From assembly GCA_008636045.1 (NCBI GenBank), contig SNRW01000009.1, forward strand, positions 1 through 49,373: a stretch of 49,373 nucleotides of DNA, written 5' to 3'. A program made the translations under genes and the position numbers. Numbering within the stretch: position 1 is the stretch's first letter; each line of letters opens with the position of its first letter. This stretch comes from Streblomastix strix. Its lineage: Eukaryota. Below are positions 1-11,359 of the stretch, in pieces. The notes beneath the pieces are model-generated. The model had not been told where the DNA came from. It did not search any database and was given only the letters and a program-made list of their open reading frames with translations.

Positions 1-99
1 ATAAATATAATAAAAATACCGTCATATTACTGTAAATATGTAAGTGAAAATAAAGAATCTATACCAGAATATTATGCAACAGAGTTTTTATTTAGATGA
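1..99 (+). CDS. 3' end of the element's retroviral-like integrase ORF (INIIKIPSYYCKYVSENKESIPEYYATEFLFR*)
   Basis: Closely similar to the end of the integrase ORF at ~45063-45161; TGA at 97-99. Confidence 0.7.
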   Translation: MNIIKIPSYYCKYVSENKESIPEYYATEFLFR

Positions 100-149
100 A
101 ATAATAAAAATTTATTTATATATTTTTTAATTTTTTTATTTTAATTAAA

Positions 150-496
150 ATGGCAGATAATCAAGCAATCAATGAATCAACGTAAACGGAATCAACAGCA
201 TCAGCGAAATAAGGAAGACCAAAGAAATATACCGATAAAGAATAGGCAACGATTGCAGCTAGAGAACAACGCAAAAATGCACGAATTAGATACAAATAAA
301 ATTGAACAAATTATGCTTCAAAAGTTAATGATATGCAATTATTAATAATTCAAAAACTTAAAAAAAATAATCGTTAATATTAATGATTTGATAACAATAA
401 ATGAGTTGATTAAAAAATATGACAATAAAAAAATACATCAATGAATATGCAAATGAAGATGCAAATGAAGAAGCAAATGAAGATGATAACGTTTGA
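150..496 (+). pseudogene. Small element protein with an AT-hook-like GRPKK motif, disrupted
   Basis: With TAR=Q it reads MADNQAINESTQTESTASAKQGRPKKYTDKEQATIAAREQRKNARIRYKQ; it has an internal TGA and a frameshift in an A-run. Paralogue at 45210-45556. Confidence 0.6.
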
Positions 497-826
497 AATA
501 AGCAAATAATTATTTTTCTCGACTATTGGCCAGTTGGCCAGTTGGCCACAGCTATTTATAAAAGTTTCTGACTCGATGCACTCGATGCACTCGGTGTAGT
601 CAAAAGTCATTCATTAATTATTCCATTTTCTCGAGCCAATTTCAATTAATTCTTTGATGTTTTTTGACTCAATGCACTCGGTGCATCACTTACGAATATA
701 TTTTATGTTCTTTTATTCATGGTTTCACTAACGATTTCTCCAATAAATTTTAGGTTTCTGAATATAATTATATTCCATTAATTCCATTTGTTCAAATTCA
801 TCAACGAACTCCATCAATCTCATCAT

Positions 827-1086
827 GTAGTTATGAGAATATGGAGAGTGCCATACGTTCAAAAATCATGCATCATTAATTAATTCATTAATCGATTTCA
901 ATATCATATATTCATTAATCATTCTATATATGTCAAACATTAATTTTATTCAAGTGCTTATTTTCCTTTACATTAACAAACATATTTATATTATTATTTA
1001 TTTTCATTATTTTATTATTATTATTTATTTAACATTATTTTATATTATTTTTCTATATAGGGCACTCTCCATATTCTCATAACTAC
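827..1086. repeat. Perfect 26-bp inverted repeat (827-852 / 1061-1086) bounding the element's end segment
   Basis: gtagttatgagaatatggagagtgcc is the exact reverse complement of ggcactctccatattctcataactac. Confidence 0.9.
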
Positions 1087-1272
1087 TTAGGCTATAATAT
1101 TTATAAATCTTTAATTCAAAAAAAATAATTAAAATAAAAAGATTATTTAAATTTCACATTTTTATTAAAATTATTTTTTATCTTAGAACAGAACTTATGC
1201 ATGAGAATATTGAGAAAATTAAGGCTATTAAGTATATAAAGTACAATGAATGTAAATCGGTGTTTAATGAGA

Positions 1273-1346
1273 GCCTCTGTAGCATAGTTGGATATTGCGT
1301 TTGATTTGTAATCAAAAGGTTGTGGGTTCGAATCCCACCGGGGGCT
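1273..1346 (+). tRNA. tRNA-Thr(TGT)
   Basis: Cloverleaf with acceptor stem GCCTCTG/CGGGGGC, anticodon stem TTTGA/TCAAA around loop TTTGTAA, T-arm GTGGGTTCGAATCCCAC, and a following poly-T Pol III terminator. Confidence 0.95.
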
Positions 1347-1598
1347 TTTTTATATATATTTAATAATTATTATTTTATAATATTTTCATAAAAATATAAA
1401 CTTTATAATTATATTTCACACAATTTTTGAAGAGGAATCTTTAATCAATTGTAGTTTATAAATAAAATAAGATTCTATTTATTATGAATAACTAAAGAGT
1501 TTAGAGTAATTATAAAGTAGTTAAAGTCAATTACGAATAGATAATATATTAAACTCTTACATGTGTAATTTTATATCAGTTGTATGTTATATTACGAT

Positions 1599-4500
1599 TC
1601 AATTCTTTTTCTTACCAGCTGATTTATATTAGAAAATGTAAAAATAAAATATTTTATGATTTTTCATAATTTGAATAAAATAATTTAAACATTATAATTA
1701 TTAATGCATTATTATTTCTTAAAAATACCTGAAGGTGGTCTGGCTTTGGCCTTTCCTGCCGGTTTCTATATAAAAATAAATCATAATGCAATTAAAATAA
1801 TTTAATAATTAATGAAACAATGAATTATTACATATTTAATTTTTGTACCTTTGTAGTTCCAGTTCCTTCTTCTACTTTCTTTTTTGATGCAGACTTTGGT
1901 CTCGAATGAACAGCGCGTTTTGTTGAACTTGCAGTGAATGTTGGTGAAATTGGTGAGGTCGGTGATGTGGGTGGTATGGGTGCAGATGAAGTCGATGATA
2001 CATTTGTATTAGCGATTGTCAAATGTGCTGTTGATGATGTGATCCCTGGCGATGCAACGTTTGGTGCGGGTGCACTACCATCATCTTCTTTCTTTTGTGA
2101 TGCAGGAGTTAAAGAAGCAGCTTTAGATGTCTTTTTTACAGTATTTGTTCCTTTTTTGATTTTGGTTGCTGCTTTAGTCGAGCTTTTTGTGGATGTAAGT
2201 TTTCCTGTTTTCTTGGTTCCTGCTTAAACAACTTCTTTTTCTTCTTATTCTTTAGAATTTTCTTCAGTTACTTTTTCTTATTCTTTTTCTTTTCCCAGAG
2301 ATTATTAAAGCGTAGAATTTGGTGTGTTAATAGAGAATGATTAGTCTATTGGACTTGACATATTAGAAAGAGAAGACTGAGATGATTTAGTTGAAGATAA
2401 TTAGTGAGATTTGGGAAGTGATAGTTATTCTTTTTATTTTTCTTCTTCTTCTTCTTTTTATCTTTATTTTTCTTCTTCTTCTTCTTTTTATCTTTATTTT
2501 TCTTCTTCTTCTTCCTCTTATTATTATTTCAATCTTTCTTTCTCTTTCTCTTCTTCTTCCTCTTTTTATCTTTATTTTTCTTCTTCTTCTTCTTTTTATC
2601 TTTATTTTTCTTCTTCTTCTTCTTTTTATCTTTATTTTTCTTCTTCTTCTTCTTTTTATCTTTATTTTTCTTCTTCTTCCTCTTATCTTTATTTTTCTTC
2701 TTCTTCCTCTTTTTATCTTTATCTTTATTTTTCTTCTTCTTCCTCTTTTTATCTTTATTTTTCTTCTTCTTCCTCCTATTTTTATTTCTCTTCTTCTTCC
2801 TCTTATCTTTATTTTTCTTCTTCTTTCTCTTTCTCTTCAATTATTTTTCTTTCCTCTTCTCTTTCTTTCTCTTATTCATCTTCTTTCTCTTAAATTTCTT
2901 CTTCTTTTTCTTTATGCTATGAGTTAATTGATGGAATTATAGGTTGTGGAGTTGTAAATTATGATTTAACTGTAATATACCATAATAAGAAAATAAATAA
3001 TTAATAAAAAAAATAATTATAAAAAATTTTCCCCATAATTTAAATTTTTTAATTCTTAATTTACAAACTTAATTTCTTTTACCCTTTGGGATTGGCTATC
3101 GTCCCAGATAGGATAACTTTTTTTGATGGCCCTATGTAAAAAGAAGAAGAAATGAATATAAAATGTTAAAATATCAAAATAATCAATTTTAATTCCTTGA
3201 ATTTGTATATTATACTAAAGTCTTCATTTAAAATTATTCATACCATTTGATGCTCCAGTTGATGATTAGTCCCATATGCCTTTTGATCCACCACTCTATA
3301 AATAAAAAAGCATAAAATTCGATTATGAAACTATAAATATTTGATAATAAAAATAAAATTAAAACACCAGCATAGGTGAAGTTTGAGCCAGTGGTGATAT
3401 TTTCTAAGGAGGAGCTGTTTAATTCTCTTCATCATCAAATTAATCTACAACTTATTTTGCAGCTGAAAGAAAGAAATGATTGAAATAATAATAAAACAGT
3501 TTTTAACATACGTTTCCCTCCCTTCTTTGGATATTTGAGTTTTTATTCTCCATCTTCTTCTTCAACAGTCTATTTAGTTGATTCCAATGTTTCATTTGAA
3601 GCATCAGTCTCATTTAATGTCTGAGAAGCATTAAATGTTTCAGTCACAGAAGTTGGACTCAAAAGATCTGATTGGTTAAGTGTATTCTCATTTGGGTTCT
3701 TCTCATCAGCATCCCCTTCTTCATTAACATCTTCATTTGCATTATCTGCTCCTTTCTTACTTTTTTTGCTCTTTTCTTCTTTTTCTTTCTCTTTCTTACT
3801 TTTCTTCTTCTCTTTTTCCTTCTTCTTTTCTTCTTTTGGCTCTTTTTCTTTTTTTTCCTTCTTCGACTTCTTCTTACGCTTTCCTTTCTCCAAATCAAAT
3901 CCAAGTTCTTCCGCTTTCTCTTAAATTGTTTCAATAAGAAATAGATCTTCAACCTTTAAATAAATTATATATAAAAAATTGATAATTATCAAAATAAAAT
4001 ATTTTTTATTATTCAATACTGTTGGCCTTGTAGTATAATCTTTCTTAAGCATCTACTTTACTACCATACGAAGATCGTCAGTGTAATCTAATTCTTTTGG
4101 TACCTTGATTAGTAAAGAAGAATGAAATAAGAAAAGTATAAAAAATGATCATTCAAAATTAACTAAACAAACATCAGATGGTTCATCCTGCAAAATTTTG
4201 AATATAAGTGCTGCAGAGTTTGTAGCTTCGAATGGTTTATTGTATGTCATCAGCTCATAGACAATACAGCCAAGCGCCCATACGTCAGCGCGTGCATCAT
4301 ATCTATTATGAATTAGAAGGAATTATAATTTCTTATAAATAAAAAATAAGCATACTTTTTTCCAGCTACAAGTTCAGGAGAGAGATAATATGGAGTCCCA
4401 ACCATTGTCTGAGCAAATTCTTGAGTTATAAGCAGCTTTGCCACACCAAGATCGCCAATTTTCACTCTAACATTAAGTAATATATATACAAATTTTAGAT

Positions 4501-5199
4501 TCTTAAATAATTTGTAAATATTTAATAATTTAGATAAACTTTTTCTCACTCGTTAAAAATACATTTCCAGGTTTCATATCACGATGTATCATCTTTTTCG
4601 AGTGAATATCTGAAATTCAAAAGAAGAGCAACAAAATATAACACAGAATAACAAATAAAATAAATAAAAAAAATAAAAAATACGTAGTAATCCAATTGAA
4701 ATTTCGAAGAAATAACGCCAAACTTCATCCTCTTCTATGGGTACTCCGGTAGCTTTTTCATCCTGCGATATTATAACACATTTCATGAAAATAACAATGA
4801 TTTAATGAATTTTAGTATTATACTTTGATAAGGTCTTCCAACGAGCCACCATCAGCGAACTCCATTACGATGTAAAGCATTCCACCATCTATAAATGAGT
4901 CGTAATATTACACAATAAACTCAGAGTTCAGCTACGCTAGGAAGCAGGCTTCATCGATTGATTCTTTTTGCTCCTTACTGCAAATTTCAAACAACGACGA
5001 TTTGTTCAATTAAGAATATCATTAAAACAAATGTCTATTAATATGTGGTTAAAATATACCTTGAAAGAGCAGAAATTTGAATGACTTTCATGCAATAACA
5101 GTTTCCATCCTCCAACCGCTCGACGAGGTACGTAGTTCCATAGCTACCTTTGCCAAGTTACTTGATTTTCTTGAAGTCGGAGACTTTTGAATGAGACAT
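1599..5199 (-). CDS. NIMA-related (NEK) Ser/Thr kinase with a long charged/coiled-coil C-terminus; multi-exon
   Basis: Spliced translation with TAR=Q gives LGKGSYGTTYLV, EACFLAQLNSEFIVQYYDSF, IHRDMKPGNVFL, VKIGDLGVAK, TMVGTPYYLSPE and ADVWALGCIVYELMT. It ends ...ARPPSAGKKKN-TGA; introns are GT-AG. Confidence 0.9.
2433..2830 (-). repeat. Coding minisatellite (~30-bp unit) encoding EEEEEKQRQK-like repeats in the NEK tail
   Basis: Repeated tctttatttttcttcttcttcttcttttta on the + strand, in frame with the NEK exon on the - strand. Confidence 0.85.
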
Positions 5200-5431
5200 T
5201 GATAAAGATAGCCCTAATCTAGCGCAGAGCCGCGAATTTTAAATTTCCCATTCATATAAAAAATTATTTCTGTCCACAAGTCTTGGAATTTATTAAAGAC
5301 TTTATTAACTGTTACATTTAATGCCCAGCTGCTTTTTAGTAGGATCCAATAATCAAGTTAAATCATCCGCTCATTTATTTATTTTACAGATTGATAAAAG
5401 TAATGAAATATAAAATAGTTTCAATTTTTTA

Positions 5432-7324
5432 TCATTGTCCATTCCTCTTAACTTTAACAACATTTCTTTGAACGTTACGAGGTTCAGCGTGATTATGATT
5501 CTATTCTATTTGATTCTATATTTAATCTTTTTCATCTTTAATATCGATTTATTTATCATTTTCATTTTTTTCTTCATTTAAAAGTAAATCAGCTTATTGT
5601 TCAGAATCGATTTCAATATTTGATTTAGATCCTTTTCCCTTTTAAGATTATTATTATTTCTACTATTTAAGAGTGTTTCTCCATACTTCTCGTTCTGCAG
5701 TCATCACACTACCTTCCATCAAAGTCATTCTCATAGCAGGAATATATCGAATTGATCCCTAACTTGTTCTGGAATTAGATCGAATAGAATCAGATGATTC
5801 AATTATTCCTTTACTGGGTGAAGAAGAATCACTAAAATTCCCCTCTACTCTTCCAATCGTATCATCGTTGTAAGATGAGAACGAACTTGTATCATCACCA
5901 ATTTCTTCATTCTCATGTTTATATTTAGTTATGAATTCTTATGGTGGCTTTGGAAATTATCCTGCTTCACCAGCAACATATCGATATCGAAATGAAGAAT
6001 CTTATAGCATTTCGGGCCATACATCACCTGGATGATTATTATCTGTATTAAGAACTTACCAAGTGGCTGAGGCTGATTTAAATCCGCTTCCGTAACTTAA
6101 TTGGAAAACAAGATCACCTTTTTGAAGACTTCTCTTGCGTTCAAGATAAGCAAGCTAATACCATGGAGATGAAGCAGATAATAATCCATATCGATATAGT
6201 GTAGCAAATGAAGGTTCAACATCTTCATCTGTGAGTTATAAATTAATTTTAATATCGTTTATCAATTTCACTCCTCCGCCATGAACCAGAAAGTGTTTTA
6301 CATATTTCTTAAAATTGATTGTTGTTCTTCGTTTCTTTTTAGGGAATTGATGTTGCATAAACGAATTATATGCTATTCTAACTATGTCACTAATTGATAA
6401 AACTAGTTAAAGTTAGAAAGAAAATAATAATAAATAAAATTATTATTGTTACAACATACGATATGGAAGCAGTGTATTTATGTTCATTCTTATTCCTTTA
6501 CGCATTTCTTTTCGTAGATACTTACTAATTCGCATTCCAGGATTACCCTCTCGATCATCTTCCATTTTAATCAGATCAAAGCATGCATCATCTGATCCGA
6601 GGTGAATTCTTATGGTTTTAATTAATCTATATCGTGCAACTTTTTTTTCACTTTTAATATTGGATAATAAAACCGCAGAAGCTCCCCATCTCCATAGAGT
6701 ATTCGCAACTAACTGATCTCGGGTATTTCCCCAGTACATGTTTGCAGTACAGTTGTCGGTACTTACGACTACGCAATGGGAATTTGGTCTAATTTATAGT
6801 AAATCTTGAGCAAGATCAATTCCCAAGATACCACTTGCAGTCCCCATTCCAGTTAAATTATAGCATCGAATTGATGGTTTGAGTTTGTATCTATTTACGG
6901 CATGGGCACAGATAGAAGGTTGTGTGGTGAAAGAAGGACAACAAATAATCAGTATGTCTAACTTATGTCTGATATCAAGTGATTCATATTCATTAAAAAG
7001 AGCATCCATAGCACCAAATACTGCTGTTAACATTTCTTCCTATTTTGCTGAAATAGACTAGCCAGGTTCAAACAAACGGGGTGGTAAATATGTCTCATCG
7101 CCAAGACCATTACGTGTCAACATATACCACTAGAAATTAAGTGATTATTCTGTGAAGCGCCCTGATTGACGAGCTAGATCTAAAAAGCGTTTATGTGGAA
7201 TTTAGGCCTCTGCTGGAGGTTACCAACAAACATGCTCAATCAAGTAAACAGCACGTCCTTCTGTGCGGAATAAAAGCCAAAGAAGAAGAGCTAATATAAT
7301 TCCAATTACAATGTATTGAATCAT
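5432..7324 (-). CDS. 3-ketoacyl-CoA synthase (KCS/FAE1)-like protein with substituted catalytic residues
   Basis: N-terminal TM segment, then GLGDETYLP, YNLTGMGTASG, STDNCT, GASAVLLSN, HFLVHGGG and QLSYGSGFKS, matching plant-type KCS motifs. One intron at ~6403-6459; TGA at 5432-5434. Confidence 0.88.
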
Positions 7325-7850
7325 TTCTAAAAAAATATCCAAACTATGAAATGCAGAATCAAAATAATATAAATTAATTCTTATACAAATATTTTCATAA
7401 ATTTTAAATAGAATATATAATTTAATCAATATTATATCAAATAAAAATAAATTATTTTTTGAAAAAATCAAGATTTTGTTTCCCATATTATTAATAAATA
7501 AATTAAATATATTTTATTATGTAAAAATATAATTTATAACTTAATTTAAACATTAAATTAAAAGTGAAATAAAGATATTTGGTAGGGGTACACGCAATGG
7601 TAAGCATTCGGTATTTGCATATGCCTTATATAATAATGACACTCTATATTAGTATAATAATAATATATACAACTAAGTAATTTTGCTTTATTTGTCTGTA
7701 ACACATATTTTACGTTGCTAAAGGCCTAGAATTTTTATTTTCTTGCTTGAGCCTTAACGCTAGATTTAACTTATAAATTAATTAATATTTTATCCTAAAA
7801 TTTCATAAAATATTCGAATTTTATTAAATTTACTTAATTTATTTCTCAGA

Positions 7851-10800
7851 ATGTTGCAAGAAACGAAGAAAACTCCTCTGTTTTAGCTGGATCTCCCTTC
7901 TACTGAGGATGCAGAGCTCGATGTCAATGATCTTTTTGCAGAAGATGATGAAGAGATTGCACTTCTTATGGCAGCAAATTAAATCAGCAAGCAACATATC
8001 CTGCAGCCACCTAAATAAAACATTTTAGAACCACCATTAAATATTGCTAACTAATATCCAATCCCAAATGCTTCTTCTTATGATCCTTATGTTGATCTAA
8101 ATCCAACTGCTTCATATTATCCTGCTTCATATTTGGAATAACTTCAAAGTATGTATGCAATGTACGCATAATAACAACAATTTACTTAAAATCCTTAAGC
8201 TGAAACCAAGACCAAGAAAAAATCATCTCGCCCAACATCTCCAAAGCCAAAATAAACTAAATAAAATCCTTCCAATTAAGCAACAGAATTATAATCACAA
8301 GAGTAGATAGATTTTATTCCAAGTTTCAAACCTCCACCAGAAATTGAATAGAAACCATTAGCCGAGAGAGTGAATGACTTCAAAGAGATGCTTGAGAAGT
8401 TAAATCTAAATCCTGCTACAGCAACATGGGAAAACACTCTTATGAAGATAGCGAATGATCCACGATATAGACTTCTCAAGACAGTGGGCGAGAAGAAGCG
8501 TGTTTTTAACGAATTTCTTCAAGAAAAAGAGAATGTATTTTTTATTTTATTTTTTAATACTAATATTTTACTTATTTTTTCAGAAAGATAAGAAAGCGAA
8601 AGATGAAGAAATTAAAAAATATAAGGAAAGTTTTTTTGAAATGCTTGATGATGCAGTAAATTAATTGAAAGCAAAATATGGAGGAGATCTCAAAGAATAA
8701 TCATCTAAAGGGAAATCATCAGCATTCTAATCATTGCGAATAGCACAAGTGCAGCAGCTTTGTGAGAAGGATCGACGTTGGATATTCTTTGGGAGTGACA
8801 ACAAAGAGCGTGAACGACTTTTAGAAGAGCACAACGAGAGGCGAAAAAGAAAAGAGAAAGAAGAAAGAAGGAAGAAGGAGAAGTTAAGAGAGAAACAATT
8901 AGAGAATTGGCTTAAAGAGAGACTATAGAGAAATGAGATATACAGACTGTCTCTATGAAGATTGTAGGATGCACTTGATGGGGAGGAGGAATGGGACTCA
9001 TTTGTAAATGAGGATGTGAGAGAAGACATAACTTACTAAGTTTAGAGAAAGTTGCAGAAAGATGCTCGGAAACGAAGGTAAGAAGAGATTAAATAGATTA
9101 GGGTGAGAATATCATAATTATGCGAAGAGTTAAATCAATCAGTAGTTAGAGCTGTTTAACACGGCAGAATTTCGCTCTATGACAGAATGCGTGATGCAAT
9201 TTTAGCTGCAAAGGTAGACGATAATTAATAAAGAGATTCATCATCAACTTCAGACAATACTCTCGAACAGTTCCTGCGATGTTATAATGAATTATTAAGT
9301 CTAACACAATCAGCATAAGAAAATGAAAATGAAGAAATGTATGAAGAGCAAATAGGCAAGGAAAGCAATGCAGACAGTGCATCTGACAGAGAGTCAAGCA
9401 GAAGCAGTACTGATAGATCCAATAGAAGGAGGAGGAGATAAGAGAAGAGATCAAAAGATCAGAAGGATGATGGAAGAAGAGAAGAAGGAAGAAGGAGGAG
9501 ATTTGAGAGTAATAAGGCTCTTGATAGGGAAATAGGACTGACTTTTGAATAAGCTATGTTGGAAGCGCATGCAATTCTGAATATGCAGGTACAATAAGTG
9601 AGAGAATTGGCTACACTTGGAGATTGGTTAGGTTTATTCAGATGGTAAGGAGGAAGAAAAGAATTGGAAAACAGTCAAGCACAGATTTAAATTAAGAATC
9701 ACCTTTCTATTCTAGATGATCCTTATACTCCATTTCCTTGGAAAGATCAGAGATTGTTTGAGTAGACAAATGGTGGAGAATTTAATTGTCCCCTTTGCTC
9801 TTCATTCATTTGGCCATTTTCAGCGAATTATTCAACTGTATAATCTTCTTTATGTCAGAAGCATTCAGAGCTAATTGAGAAGATGAAAGGAGAACTTGAA
9901 CTGATGGAGTAGAAGGATTTATCAACAGTCTGGCTGTGTAGAATTGCGAGTTGTGTTTGTGAATAAATTGTTCGCACAGATGAGATTTTCTTTTCAGAAA
10001 TATAGAAACTGAGAATGAATACAGGAAAGAAGATTAGGAAGAGGATTATTAGTGAGGGAAAGGGTCTTATTGTTACTAATAGTATCAACAAGCTCATCAG
10101 TAAGTCAAGTAAAGACAGCGATACAAAATAGGGAAAACATTCTTCACATTCTTCTTTGGATGGAATTTCTATTGCTGAATTAGCTCAATCAGTTTTGAAG
10201 AAGAACACATTAGAACCTACAGATGCTCGTCAATTTTTGAAAGACTCAAAGCATTTATTATAGAAACTTCAAGATTATGCAGAGAAAGAAGTAAATGATA
10301 TTCATTAATTACATGCAAGCAGAGGAATGATGAAAGATACGAAAGAAGAAATGATTGAAGATAATCAAAAAACAGCTAATGAACTTGTTGATGAATTTTT
10401 ATAGAGTGTGATATAATTGGAAGTTTTTAACGAAGAAACTCTTAAAGCACGAATTAACAAACAAGAAAATGAAAATAAATAAATTGCACAATTTATGAAG
10501 GAGAAAATAATGAATGAAACAAAGAGAACAAAAGAAGAAGAAAGGGAAAAGAGGAAATAATTAGCCATGGAACAAACAAAAAAAGATAAAAATGAAGAAA
10601 AGAAGAAGGAGTCAGATATTATATAACATGTACAAGTGAATATAAAATAAGAAGAAGTAGGATCCAAATAAATCAAATAAACTGGAGAAGATTTGGAAGA
10701 AGGCGAGGAAAGAGATCCGGATGCTGATATGTAAGTTGATATTCCATAAAAAGAATCTCTCAATGTTTCTGAGAGCGAGGAAAGTGGAGGAGAAAATATT

Positions 10801-11256
10801 GGAGTGTAGAAAGATGAAGCAGGACTGAATATTTAAGGTGTCACTAATGATGAAACTGGTATACAGATGCTTATTAGTGATGAAAATAGCTCAGATTCCA
10901 GTGAAGAGAGTAGTGAAGATGAAGATATCAATTCTGAGGAAGAGAAAAAGATTAATAAAGATGATGGAAGCAAGAATAAGAATGAAAAAGACAAAATAAA
11001 GAGAAGCAAGAAAGTGAAACGGAAGAGAAAACACTCAAAGTCATCATCAAGTTCTTCATCTGATTCAAATGATAGAAAACACAGACACAAAAGAAGGAAA
11101 GGAGATCATCATAAGAAGTCTCATAGACACAGAAGAGGATCCAGAGCGAGAGATGCTGGTTATGGAACTAAAAGAAGGAGATTTAACGACTCCGATGAAA
11201 CACCAGCGCGTGAGTTGGAAGAAGGCGAAGTTGAGGAAGGGGAGATTCTTGATTGA
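7851..11256 (+). CDS. PRP40: PRP40-like FF-domain pre-mRNA splicing factor (one in-frame TGA at 8956-8958)
   Basis: FF domain FKEMLEKLNLNPATATWENTLMKIANDPRYRLLKTVGEKKRVFNEF, a K/R/S-rich tail and terminal ELEEGE motif. Intron 8535-8583. The start codon is tentative. Confidence 0.75.
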
Positions 11257-11359
11257 GTTCTGAAATTAGTAATAAAATTTTGATCATTAATTTTTATAAA
11301 TAAACAAGCTTCTTGGGATTATTATCGACAAATGAATATATTTATAGATTAAAAAATAA

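Larger units (their letters stand above)
1..1087 (+). mobile_element. Right end of a Polinton/Maverick-like element (copy 1), truncated by the window start
   Basis: Collinear direct-repeat homology with 45063-46136: integrase C-terminus, small GRPKK ORF, GATGCACTCG motif block and IR-bounded end segment. Ends in ...AACTACT, resembling the AGTAG/CTACT termini of Polintons. Confidence 0.75.

Noticed and set aside
410..610. 66-aa minus-strand ORF with ECIECIE repeats
   Set aside because: Arises from the decamer repeats and the antisense strand of the small element ORF; not maintained in copy 2.
572..690. Repeat-spacer-like pattern suggesting CRISPR
   Set aside because: 10-bp tandem units with no unique regular spacers, no cas genes and a eukaryotic context.
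1087..1346. Element targeting of tRNA genes
   Set aside because: Copy 1 ends ~185 bp upstream of tRNA-Thr, but copy 2 has no tRNA beside it; one case is insufficient.
2391..2927. Hydrophobic 178-aa ORF, Ser/Phe-rich 160-aa ORF and Lys-rich 103-aa ORF
   Set aside because: Antisense and off-frame shadows of the EEEEEKQRQK coding repeat in the NEK gene.
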